Positions 7,658 through 15,459 of a stretch of 52,610 nucleotides of DNA are shown here, in pieces; position 1 is the first letter of the stretch, and every line of letters begins with the position of its first letter. Position numbers and translations under genes: made by a program. The stretch is from NCBI GenBank assembly GCA_035513815.1, contig DATKBU010000104.1, forward strand, positions 1 to 52,610, given 5' to 3'. Under the pieces are notes generated by a model. The model saw nothing but the letters and a program-made list of their open reading frames with translations, made no database searches and was not told the origin of the DNA. Source of the stretch: Egibacteraceae bacterium. Its GTDB lineage: Bacteria; Actinomycetota; Nitriliruptoria; Euzebyales; Egibacteraceae.

Positions 7658-8836
7658 TGTCGGCGGCGGCGAGCCTGGCCCAGCTGCCGGCGCCCGCGCG
7701 TGAACCGCGCGGCGGAGGTTCAGGGTGCCCAGGAGTGCGGCCCCGGCGACGGCCGCCAGAATCATCGGAATGCCGCGCTCATCGGTGAGGTCGATGAGCT
7801 GGCCGACCACGCGCGGGAAGATGATCCCCCCGGCGCCGGCGCCCGCGAGGACAACGGCTGCTCCGCTGCGAACCCCCGGCAGCGCCCTGGCGAGCCAGTT
7901 GAGGCCTGTGGGGAAAACAGGTCCGCAGGCGACGCCTGCCAGCGCGTACGCTGCTGGCGCGATCGGACCGTACTGGGCGAGCACCAGACAGCCGATGCTC
8001 GCGGCGATGCAGCTGATGAAGATCCGATCCGGCGCGACGCGAAGGGCGATGGGAGCGATCAGGAATCTGCCCAGCGTGTAGGTGGTGAAGAACAGCGCCG
8101 TGTAGCCTGCCGCCGCGCTGCTGCTGACGCCCTGGGCGATCAGGTGCGTCGCCTCCCACAGGCCGATGCCCTGCTCTACTCCCGCGTACAGCAGATAGAC
8201 CGCTCCGAAGCCGAGCAGGATGCGCCGGACGGCCCGGCGGCGCTCGCGCCAGGCCGGGCCTTCGTCGGCCGCGGCTGCCAGGACGGGGTTCCTCGTCCCC
8301 CACAGCATCGGGATCGTGAGCAGCGCGAGCGCGCTGAGCACCGCATAGGGGATCCGATAGTCGGCCCCGGGCATCGCGCTGATCGCCAATGGCGCTGCGA
8401 TCGCGCCGACGCCGTAGGCGCCGTTGAGCAGGTTGATCATGAAGCCGCTGCGCTGACCGAAGCCGTCTGCGAACAGGCTGTTGAGCGTCACCGCGAAACC
8501 GCCGAAGCCCAGCCCGATCAGCGCCGCGAAGGCGAGTGTGATGCCCCAGGCGGGCGCCACTGCCAGCCCGAGGCATCCCATCGACACCGCGATCGCGGAG
8601 CCGGCGAGCACGACGCGCATCGACGCCCGGCGATGGCCGGCCGTCCACAGCGCCAACGCGACCATGGCGCCGCCCAGGTGAGTGCTGCCCAGGAGCCCGG
8701 CGCTGGCAGCGTCGAGCGCGAACGCTTCGCGCAGCGCCGGGATCGCCGGCCCGTAACCCGACAGGGTTCCGCCGGCGACGACGAACGCTGCGAAGCCGCC
8801 TGCGGCGGCCCGCGGGGGGAGCGTGTGCGAGGTCAG
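7643..8836 (-). CDS. MFS transporter (start uncertain, probably non-ATG)
   Basis: The 340-aa ATG ORF (to 8665) begins inside a TM region. The same frame stays open upstream to 8851 and encodes the expected first helices (AAAGGFAAFVVAGGTLSGYGPAIPALREAF). There is no ATG/GTG/TTG in that stretch. The CTG at 8836-8834 overlaps the bcp stop as CTGA. Confidence 0.7.
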   Translation of the reverse strand: MTSHTLPPRAAAGGFAAFVVAGGTLSGYGPAIPALREAFALDAASAGLLGSTHLGGAMVALALWTAGHRRASMRVVLAGSAIAVSMGCLGLAVAPAWGITLAFAALIGLGFGGFAVTLNSLFADGFGQRSGFMINLLNGAYGVGAIAAPLAISAMPGADYRIPYAVLSALALLTIPMLWGTRNPVLAAAADEGPAWRERRRAVRRILLGFGAVYLLYAGVEQGIGLWEATHLIAQGVSSSAAAGYTALFFTTYTLGRFLIAPIALRVAPDRIFISCIAASIGCLVLAQYGPIAPAAYALAGVACGPVFPTGLNWLARALPGVRSGAAVVLAGAGAGGIIFPRVVGQLIDLTDERGIPMILAAVAGAALLGTLNLRRAVHARAPAAGPGSPPPTSAVR

Positions 8837-9321
8837 GAGCGGGCCGACTGATCAGCCGCTAGCGATCGAAGCACCTCGAGCGTCTTCTCGGACTGTTCGG
8901 CGGGCTGGATCTTGTCGAACACCGCAGCCAGCGCTCCGCCGGCGTCGATCACGACCGAGGAGCGGATGACGCCCTCGTACTGCTTGCCGTACATCGACTT
9001 GGCCCCCCAGGCGCCGTACGCCTCAATGACCTGGCGCGCGGGATCGGCGAGCAGCGTGTGCGGCAGATCGTGCCGGCCTGCGAAGGCAGCGTGGCTGACG
9101 TGATCGTCCGGCGAGATCCCCACCACGGCGGCGCCGAGCTCCGTGAACCCCGCCCAGTTGTCTCGCACGTCGCACGCCTGAGCCGTGCAGCCGGAGGTCT
9201 CGTCCTTCGGATAGAAGTACAGCACGACAGGCCGCCCGCGCTGCGCCTGCAGCGACCATTCGACGCCGTGCTGGTCCGGCAGCGTGAACTCGGGAGCTGG
9301 CTCCCCGACTGACACCTTCAT
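8833..9321 (-). CDS. bcp: Thioredoxin-dependent peroxiredoxin Bcp
   Basis: 162 aa. VVLYFYPKDETSGCTAQAC has the peroxidatic and resolving Cys spacing of Bcp/PrxQ. Confidence 0.9.
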   Translation of the reverse strand: MKVSVGEPAPEFTLPDQHGVEWSLQAQRGRPVVLYFYPKDETSGCTAQACDVRDNWAGFTELGAAVVGISPDDHVSHAAFAGRHDLPHTLLADPARQVIEAYGAWGAKSMYGKQYEGVIRSSVVIDAGGALAAVFDKIQPAEQSEKTLEVLRSLAADQSARS

Positions 9322-9390
9322 CCGTTGCTCCTATCTGGGCCGTGCGGGCCATCCTGTGTCCGGCGAGCATGCCATCGCTAGGCTGCCCTC

Positions 9391-9894
9391 ATGCGCCTGC
9401 TGCTCGTCTGCCTGGGGAACATCTGCCGCTCGCCCACGGCCGAAGCCGCCGTCCGCGAGGCGCTCGCCCAGGCGGGGGTCACCGCCGGGGTCGAGGTCGA
9501 CTCGGCCGGGCTCGGCGACTGGCATATAGGGTGTCCGCCCGACGAGCGCATGATCGCCGCGGCGGGCGCGGTCGGGTTGAGGCTCGAGGGCAAGGCCAGG
9601 CTGTTTCAGCGAGAGGACTTCGACAAGTTCGATCTGATCCTGGTCATGGATCGGGAGAACCTCGCCGGAGTGCTCGCGCTCGCACCCGATGCTGCGGCGT
9701 CCGCGAGGGTCGCGTTATTCCGCGAGTTCGAGGATGCCGCCGACGCTGAGGAGGTGCCGGATCCCTATTACGGGGGCGAGCAGGGCTTCGCTCGCGTGGT
9801 CGAGATCGCCCGCGCCGGCGCGCGGGGCCTCGTCCGCCAGCTCATCGACGGCGGGCTCGACGAGCGCGCCCGGCATCGGCTGCCGGGCAGGTGA
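9391..9894 (+). CDS. Low-molecular-weight protein-tyrosine phosphatase
   Basis: MRLLLVCLGNICRSPTAEA is the CX5R(S/T) P-loop at the N-terminus. DPYYG is the DP loop. Confidence 0.9.
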   Translation: MRLLLVCLGNICRSPTAEAAVREALAQAGVTAGVEVDSAGLGDWHIGCPPDERMIAAAGAVGLRLEGKARLFQREDFDKFDLILVMDRENLAGVLALAPDAAASARVALFREFEDAADAEEVPDPYYGGEQGFARVVEIARAGARGLVRQLIDGGLDERARHRLPGR

Positions 9895-10676
9895 CGCCGG
9901 CGCCGCCGATCCTCCCCGAGGGGATCCCTCGCGCCATCGCCTGGCGCGTGCTCGGTCAGAGCCTGTGGCAGGTGGACCTCGCCGACGGATCCGCTGCGGT
10001 GGTGAAGCGGACCCCGTACCGCGCCGAGATGGAGGCCGACGGGCTTGAAGCCCTCCGCGACGCTGGCGCACCGGTCCCGAGCGTCATGGCGGTCGCGCAG
10101 CATCTACTCGTGCTCGAGCATGTGTCCGGTCCGCCTGATTGGGCAGGCCTCGGCGCCACCCTCGCCACGGTGCACCGGCGCAGCGCCGACCGATTCGGAT
10201 GGGGCCGGGCCAATGCGCTCGGCCCGCTGCCGCAGCCGAACCCGTGGACTGACGACTGGGCCGAGTTCTATGCCGAGCAGCGTCTGCGCCCGCATGTGGA
10301 TGCCCCCGGAGTTCCGCCGGAGGCCCGCCGACGCCTTCACGCGGGCATCGACGGCCCGCTCGCCGAGCTGCTCGGAACGCCGCCGCCGAGCCTGATCCAT
10401 GGCGATCTGTGGAGCGGCAACGTCGTGGGCGGTCGCTGGCTGATCGACCCGGCCGTCTGCTACGCCGACCGAGAGCACGAGCTGGCGTTCATGGAGGTGT
10501 TCGGCGGGTTTCCGCCCGCCATGTTCGACGCCTACGAGCGAGCGTGGCCGCTCAGCGAGGGGTGGCGCCGCCGCCGGCCGGCGCTGCAGCTGTATCACCT
10601 GCTCGTGCACGTCCGGCTGTTCGGCCCCGGCTACGTTCCCGCCGTCATCAGCCGGCTGGATTCTCTCGGCTGGTAG
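9891..10676 (+). CDS. Fructosamine/ketosamine-3-kinase family protein
   Basis: GTGA overlap with the phosphatase gene. Motifs LIHGDLWSGN and DPAVCYADREHELA. The LMW-PTP/fructosamine-kinase pairing is a familiar conserved gene pair. Confidence 0.82.
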   Translation: MTPAPPILPEGIPRAIAWRVLGQSLWQVDLADGSAAVVKRTPYRAEMEADGLEALRDAGAPVPSVMAVAQHLLVLEHVSGPPDWAGLGATLATVHRRSADRFGWGRANALGPLPQPNPWTDDWAEFYAEQRLRPHVDAPGVPPEARRRLHAGIDGPLAELLGTPPPSLIHGDLWSGNVVGGRWLIDPAVCYADREHELAFMEVFGGFPPAMFDAYERAWPLSEGWRRRRPALQLYHLLVHVRLFGPGYVPAVISRLDSLGW

Positions 10677-11007
10677 CCGCTCGCATCCCCGGGGCCGGGA
10701 TCGGCTCGTCAGGCATGGGCGGGTGACCCGGCATGGGCTCGCCTGGATCTGGGAGCGGCGACGGCTCACCAGGGTCGGGCAGCGGGGTGGGCTCCCCCGG
10801 ATCGGGCAGCGGAGCCGGCTCACCCGGCTCCGGCATGGGGGTCGGACGTCCGGGATCTGGCGTCGGATCCCCCAGCTCCGCCGCCCTCGACGCTCTCATC
10901 AGGTGAGCCAACCCCGGCACTCGGCCGGCGCCGGCGTGTCGTCGCTGCATCTGGCCAGCCTCCCCACGGCAATCGTCGGTGCCGTCGCTCGGATACCCTG
11001 CGCGCAT
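10648..11007 (-). CDS. Possible proline-rich repeat protein (PGEPxPLPD repeats)
   Basis: 119-aa ORF in the gap between two convergent genes. It contains 4-5 tandem 9-aa units. The 3' end overlaps the fructosamine kinase stop region by 29 nt. Coding status is uncertain. Confidence 0.35.
   Translation of the reverse strand: MRAGYPSDGTDDCRGEAGQMQRRHAGAGRVPGLAHLMRASRAAELGDPTPDPGRPTPMPEPGEPAPLPDPGEPTPLPDPGEPSPLPDPGEPMPGHPPMPDEPIPAPGMRAATSRENPAG
10702..10869. repeat. 27-nt tandem repeat (about 4-5 units, imperfect)
   Basis: Units on the plus strand look like GGCTCACCAGGGTCGGGCAGCGGGGTG and GGCTCCCCCGGATCGGGCAGCGGAGCC. The core lies at 10726-10827. Confidence 0.7.
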
Positions 11008-11067
11008 GATCCTTACGCGGCGCGCGGTCGGCGCCGTGGCCGGCTGACCTCGTCGAGTCTGTTCTGG

Positions 11068-12411
11068 TCAGCCCTTGCGGAATCGCCCGAAGAACCCCTT
11101 CTTATCCTCGTCCCGCTCGTCGTCCTCGGGGGCCGGCACGGAACGGGATCGAGCGCCGTTGGGCGCAGAGCCCTCGCCGGAGCGGGGTCGGGGCTTGGAC
11201 GCCTGATCGTCGTACTCGTCATCCAGCGCGGCGAACTCCTGCAGGAGCTCATTGCGATCGACTTGGCCTGGGGCCGACTCGCGCCTGGGTTCACGTTCCG
11301 TCGGCGCTGGCTCGTCCGCGGTCTCGGCGGGGTGAGCGGGCGGTTCCTGGCCAGCGGGCGGGGGCGGCGCAGGAAAGAACGGATCCCCACCAGGTTGTGG
11401 GGGAGCAGGCCCCGCGCCTGGGGCCGGCGCCTCGGGGGCGGCCGGCGCCGCCCAGGGATCAGGAGGGCTCGCCGGCGCCGGGGCGTCGGATGCGGCGGGC
11501 TGGTCCTCGAGCGACGAACCGCTGCCCGGCGCGGGCGGAGGCGGCGGGGCCGCGTCGGACAGGCCGGCGAGGTCGGCTGCGAAGTCGCCGATCTGCGACG
11601 CCGGCTCCTCTTCTGGGAGGGCTGTGAAATCGGCGTACAGGTCGTCCGCCCCGTCATCTGCGCCGAGTTCGTCCTCGACCGACTCAGCAGTCTCGGGCGC
11701 CTCTTCGTCGTCGGTGAGCACGCGGACGACACCGGCGGTCAGCAGGCCGTAGATGATGCGGGCCGCCTCGAACTGGCCATAGCCGGAGTCCATCGCGATC
11801 TCTCGCACCGTGGAGACGCCGTCGATGTGGGTCAGCATCGACCACTCGTCCGGCGTCAATGACAGATCGGCCTGACTACCGCCCGGGGCGAAATCGACCA
11901 CTGCGTCGACCGAGCCCAGCCGGGAGGTGATCACCTCCCACTCCTCCAGGCGCCGGGAGCCCTCCATGAGGAGGTTCTCCACGCTCATGTCCAGTGCCAC
12001 GTCCTCGGCGATCTCGTCGCCCTGCGTGAATGTCCAGGCGCCCGTCGTCCAGCTCATGGCCGCCGCCACGGAGTCGGCGATCTGCTCGCGCACGTAGGTG
12101 CGCATCGTCTCTCGGTCGATGAAGCCCTGCTCGATCAGGAGCTCGCCGATTCGCCGCGGCACAGCGGAGCTGCGCTGGAGCTGCAGGGTGTCCAGAAGCT
12201 GGTCCTCGGTGATGTGCCCTGCGCCGACGAGCCGGTCCCCCAGACGGGGTCGCGCCTCCGGCGCTGTGGCCGTGTAGATCAGTCCGTCGCGGAACCACAC
12301 CTTCGCCTCGACGGCGTCCCGCTCGATGCGCAGGCAGCCGGAGGCTGCGGCCTGCGCGTGCTGGCGGAGCAGCTCGGCAGTCGATGTCCCCTCGATGCGT
12401 CCGGACTCCAT
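11068..12411 (-). CDS. DUF4388 (PatA-N-like) domain protein with long Pro/Asp/Glu-rich disordered tail
   Basis: Start MESGRIEGTSTAELLRQ at 12411. Pattern GCLRIERDAVEAKVWFRDGLIYTA...LGDRLVGAGHITEDQL; second module MLTHIDGVSTVREIA...AARIIYGLLTAGVV. The C-terminal ~200 aa are low complexity. Confidence 0.65.
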   Translation of the reverse strand: MESGRIEGTSTAELLRQHAQAAASGCLRIERDAVEAKVWFRDGLIYTATAPEARPRLGDRLVGAGHITEDQLLDTLQLQRSSAVPRRIGELLIEQGFIDRETMRTYVREQIADSVAAAMSWTTGAWTFTQGDEIAEDVALDMSVENLLMEGSRRLEEWEVITSRLGSVDAVVDFAPGGSQADLSLTPDEWSMLTHIDGVSTVREIAMDSGYGQFEAARIIYGLLTAGVVRVLTDDEEAPETAESVEDELGADDGADDLYADFTALPEEEPASQIGDFAADLAGLSDAAPPPPPAPGSGSSLEDQPAASDAPAPASPPDPWAAPAAPEAPAPGAGPAPPQPGGDPFFPAPPPPAGQEPPAHPAETADEPAPTEREPRRESAPGQVDRNELLQEFAALDDEYDDQASKPRPRSGEGSAPNGARSRSVPAPEDDERDEDKKGFFGRFRKG

Positions 12412-12481
12412 GCAGGCAGGGTAACAGCGTGGAGAACAGCGGGCCGAGCGCCGCGGCGGATTCTCAAGATTCTGACGGGGC

Positions 12482-13663
12482 GTGACGAAGCCTGGCAACG
12501 TGGACGTCATTCACTCGCGCCGTTCCGCGCGGGTCGCATCGCCGTGGCGGCGTGCGGCCGTAGCCGGGCTGTGCGCCGCCGCGCTGGTGTCGTCGGCGGC
12601 GCCGGCGGCGGCGGTGACTGATGCGCAGGTGGACTCCGACGCCGAGGTGAAGGCGGCCCGCGATCGCCAGCAGGCCGCCGATCAGCAGCTCCAGCAGGTC
12701 CTCGCGTCCCTGGATGAGGCCGCCGCCGCGTACGAGAACGCCAACCGCCACCATCTTCTCCTGCAGGAGGAGTCCGGCGCCGCGGATGGCAGCGTCGACG
12801 GGGCACGCCAGGTCCTCGCCAGCGCCGAGGCCGGATTCGCCGAGCGCATCGCGCAGGCCTATCGCAACCCCGGTCGTCAGATCAAGATGGCGGAGGCCGT
12901 GCTGCTGTCGCCGGATGTCGCGGGAGCCTTGCACCGCGTGGCGATGATCGATCACGTGGCCTCTCGCGGCGCGGGGCAAGTGAACCAGGCGGCCAAGCGC
13001 GCCGCGTATGCGGTGAACCTGACCAATCAGCACAGGATCGTGACGGCAGGGGCGGCCGGCGCCGCCCAGGATCGGCAGCGGCGCGCGGATGAGCTCTCTG
13101 TTCTGGTGCAGCAGGGACAGGATCTGCTGGCTCAGGCGCAGGCGCAGCTGACCCAGACCCGCGGCGAGGCTCGCGAGCGGATCGAGGAGGAGGAGCGGCT
13201 GGCTGCATGGCGCGCGCAGATGGCCCAGATCGCCGCCGGCGCCGCGCCGCCGGTGGTGGTCGATGGGAAGGTATGCCCCGTCGGCGCCCCCAACGGATTC
13301 ATCGACTCCTGGGGATATCCTCGCTCGGGCGGGCGCACCCACAAGGGCGTGGACATGTTCGCCGCCCACGGCACCCCGCTGTACGCCGTGGCCGATGGGG
13401 TGATCAAGCGCGTCTTCACCAACCGCCTGGGAGGGCTGTCGATCGATCTGATCGACAGCGACGGCAACCGCTACTACTACGCGCATCTGTCCGCGGCGAT
13501 CGCCAGCGGCGGCCAGCACGTCCGCGCCGGTGATGTGATCGGCGCCGTGGGCAACACCGGGAACGCGCGCGGCACGCCCCCGCATCTGCACTGGCAGTTC
13601 CACCCTGGGAACGGCCCGCCGGTCAATCCGTACCCGTTGGCGGTGGCGCTGTGCAGAGCGTGA
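12482..13663 (+). CDS. Secreted M23-family metallopeptidase with coiled-coil N-domain
   Basis: GTG start. Signal peptide ...AAPAAAVTDAQ, a long Gln/Ala coiled coil, and the LytM motifs HKGVDMFA...GNTGNARGTPPHLHWQFH. Confidence 0.85.
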   Translation: MTKPGNVDVIHSRRSARVASPWRRAAVAGLCAAALVSSAAPAAAVTDAQVDSDAEVKAARDRQQAADQQLQQVLASLDEAAAAYENANRHHLLLQEESGAADGSVDGARQVLASAEAGFAERIAQAYRNPGRQIKMAEAVLLSPDVAGALHRVAMIDHVASRGAGQVNQAAKRAAYAVNLTNQHRIVTAGAAGAAQDRQRRADELSVLVQQGQDLLAQAQAQLTQTRGEARERIEEEERLAAWRAQMAQIAAGAAPPVVVDGKVCPVGAPNGFIDSWGYPRSGGRTHKGVDMFAAHGTPLYAVADGVIKRVFTNRLGGLSIDLIDSDGNRYYYAHLSAAIASGGQHVRAGDVIGAVGNTGNARGTPPHLHWQFHPGNGPPVNPYPLAVALCRA

Positions 13664-13740
13664 ACGGGGACCGCCTACCCAACTACACTGATGCGAGGGT
13701 CTACATTCTCGATCATCGACGCGGAACAGGAAGAAAGACG

Positions 13741-14322
13741 ATGGACGGCCCCGAGCGCGGCAGGCGACGAATCGACCGCATCCTCGCGCACACGTTCCTC
13801 GCCGATCTCGATTCGAAGACGGCTTCTGAGGTCCGCGCGATGCGCGACGACTGCCGCCAAGAAGAGGGACGCCTGAGCTACGCGCGCCGGCTCCTGCAGG
13901 CGCGGCTGGACATCGTCGCAGCCGAGACCGCGCGGAGGGCGTCTGACGGCGCCGGCGGGGGACTGCTCGACGCACTGCCCTCGATCCTCGCCGGGCCTGC
14001 CGGGCAGTCGCGTCAGGAAGGGCGACCGGTCACCCTGTACGCGCCCGCCGACGACGATGGTCGCCGTGAGGAGGACGCGGCGCTGGATGATCCGTCGCTG
14101 TCGAATCTCGCGGACATGGACGCGGCCGCGCTTGAGCGCTTCCAGCAGCGCCTCGCCGAGGAAGAGCGGGAGACCTCGAGGATCCGGAGCCTGGTCCAGG
14201 AGCGGCTGGACCTGCTTCAAGGCGAGCTTGTCCGCCGCTATCGCGACGGCGAGGCCGCCGTCGATCAGATCGTCGGCGTCTCGCGAAGTCGCAGCGCCGA
14301 CGAAGGGCCGAGCGCCGGCTGA
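13741..14322 (+). CDS. RsiG-family (c-di-GMP-binding anti-sigma) homologue
   Basis: The ATG at 13741 follows GGAAGAAAG. Two exact copies of E-x3-S-x2-R-x3-Q-x3-D: EGRLSYARRLLQARLD and ERETSRIRSLVQERLD, on predicted helices. Confidence 0.7.
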   Translation: MDGPERGRRRIDRILAHTFLADLDSKTASEVRAMRDDCRQEEGRLSYARRLLQARLDIVAAETARRASDGAGGGLLDALPSILAGPAGQSRQEGRPVTLYAPADDDGRREEDAALDDPSLSNLADMDAAALERFQQRLAEEERETSRIRSLVQERLDLLQGELVRRYRDGEAAVDQIVGVSRSRSADEGPSAG

Positions 14323-14361
14323 CGACGGCGGGCTCCCGCCGCACAGCGCTCAGGGGGTGAG

Positions 14362-15366
14362 GTGAGCGCGCTGGACCCCGTCTCGATGCGTCGCTGTCCG
14401 CCCTTGCTTGCCCACGTCGTTCGCGACGGCGTTGTGGAGTCGGCCCATTCAGGCGATCTCGTCGTGGCCGGTCCGGCGGGCGAGCCTCAGTTCGTCCTCG
14501 GAGACCCGGACCTGGCGATCTATCCGCGGTCTGCGATCAAGCCGTTCCAGGCGCTGGCGTGCCTGAGCGTGCTGAACCGCCGCCCGCGCGCTGCGGCGGA
14601 GCTGAGCGCCGATGCCCTCGCCATCGCCTGCGCGTCGCACAGCGGCAGCGCCGAGCATCAGATCGAGGCGGCGCATCTGCTCGCGCTGGCCGGCCTCGAC
14701 GAGACGGCGCTGCAGTGCCCGGAGGGTCTTCCGCGCGACATCCCGGCGCTGGTCGACCAGCGCGGCGAGCCCACGCGACTGGCCCACAACTGCTCAGGAA
14801 AGCACGCCCTGCTGGCGTGGGCCCAGTCGGTCGCGGCGGGAGACGCGCGGCACTATCTCAATCCGGCGTCGGCCGTGCAGCTGGCGGTGCGCGACTGCCT
14901 CGAGCGAGTGGGTGGCTCGCCGCCGGCCGGGCCCGGAGTCGATGGCTGCGGGGCGCCTGCCTGGGTGATGCGGCTGCGCGCCGTCGCCGCCGCGTTCGCT
15001 TCTCTCGCGGCCGGCGACGAGCCGGGGCTGGCACTGGTGCGGGATGCGATGCGCGCGCGACCGGATCTTGTCGGCGACCCGGCTTCGCCGGATACACGCC
15101 TGATGGCGGCCGACTCGCGGGTCGTGGCGAAGGCCGGGGCGGAAGCAGTCTTCGGCGCGGGCTTTCAGGGGCCGGAGGGGGCAGTCGGTATCGCGGTCAA
15201 GATCGCAGATGGAGGCGGAAGGGCCGCGGCCCCGGCGGTCGCGGCGGCGCTTCGACTGCTGGGCGCGACAGTGCCGGAGGACGTGCTGCGCCCCCGAGTT
15301 CTGGGCGGAGGATCGCCCCGCGGCGCCCTGGAAACCGCGCCCATGCTTGCGATCTGGCCCGGCTGA
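14362..15366 (+). CDS. Asparaginase (Asparaginase_II / Rhizobium-type family)
   Basis: GTG start. LLAHVVRDGVVESAHSGDLVV...YPRSAIKPFQAL...NCSGKHA match the family pattern. Confidence 0.78.
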   Translation: MSALDPVSMRRCPPLLAHVVRDGVVESAHSGDLVVAGPAGEPQFVLGDPDLAIYPRSAIKPFQALACLSVLNRRPRAAAELSADALAIACASHSGSAEHQIEAAHLLALAGLDETALQCPEGLPRDIPALVDQRGEPTRLAHNCSGKHALLAWAQSVAAGDARHYLNPASAVQLAVRDCLERVGGSPPAGPGVDGCGAPAWVMRLRAVAAAFASLAAGDEPGLALVRDAMRARPDLVGDPASPDTRLMAADSRVVAKAGAEAVFGAGFQGPEGAVGIAVKIADGGGRAAAPAVAAALRLLGATVPEDVLRPRVLGGGSPRGALETAPMLAIWPG

Positions 15367-15459
15367 ATCGATGCGCGCACGGCGCGGAGCTGCGCTGCGT
15401 AACCACCCGGTACCCTGGCGAGATTGGACGGGTGACGACCAGGGAAGTGAAGCGACGGC

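Noticed and set aside
10702-10869. The tandem 27-nt repeats as a possible CRISPR array or other spaced-repeat locus.
   Set aside because: The units are directly adjacent with no spacers. They are imperfect and in frame with a proline-rich ORF. No cas genes are present in the window.
10723-11862. Long ORFs in alternative frames or antisense to confident genes. Examples: 10723-11862 (+), 12464-13975 (-), 14794-16128 (-), 18381-20165 (-), 23569-25023 (-), 25442-26605 (-), 34914-36494 (-), 38965-40161 (-), 41753-43186 (-), 49509-50831 (-).
   Set aside because: Stop codons are rare at this GC content, so shadow ORFs are expected. Their translations are Arg/Pro/Gly/Ala-rich with no recognisable motifs. 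In each case the other frame or strand encodes a protein with clear family signatures.
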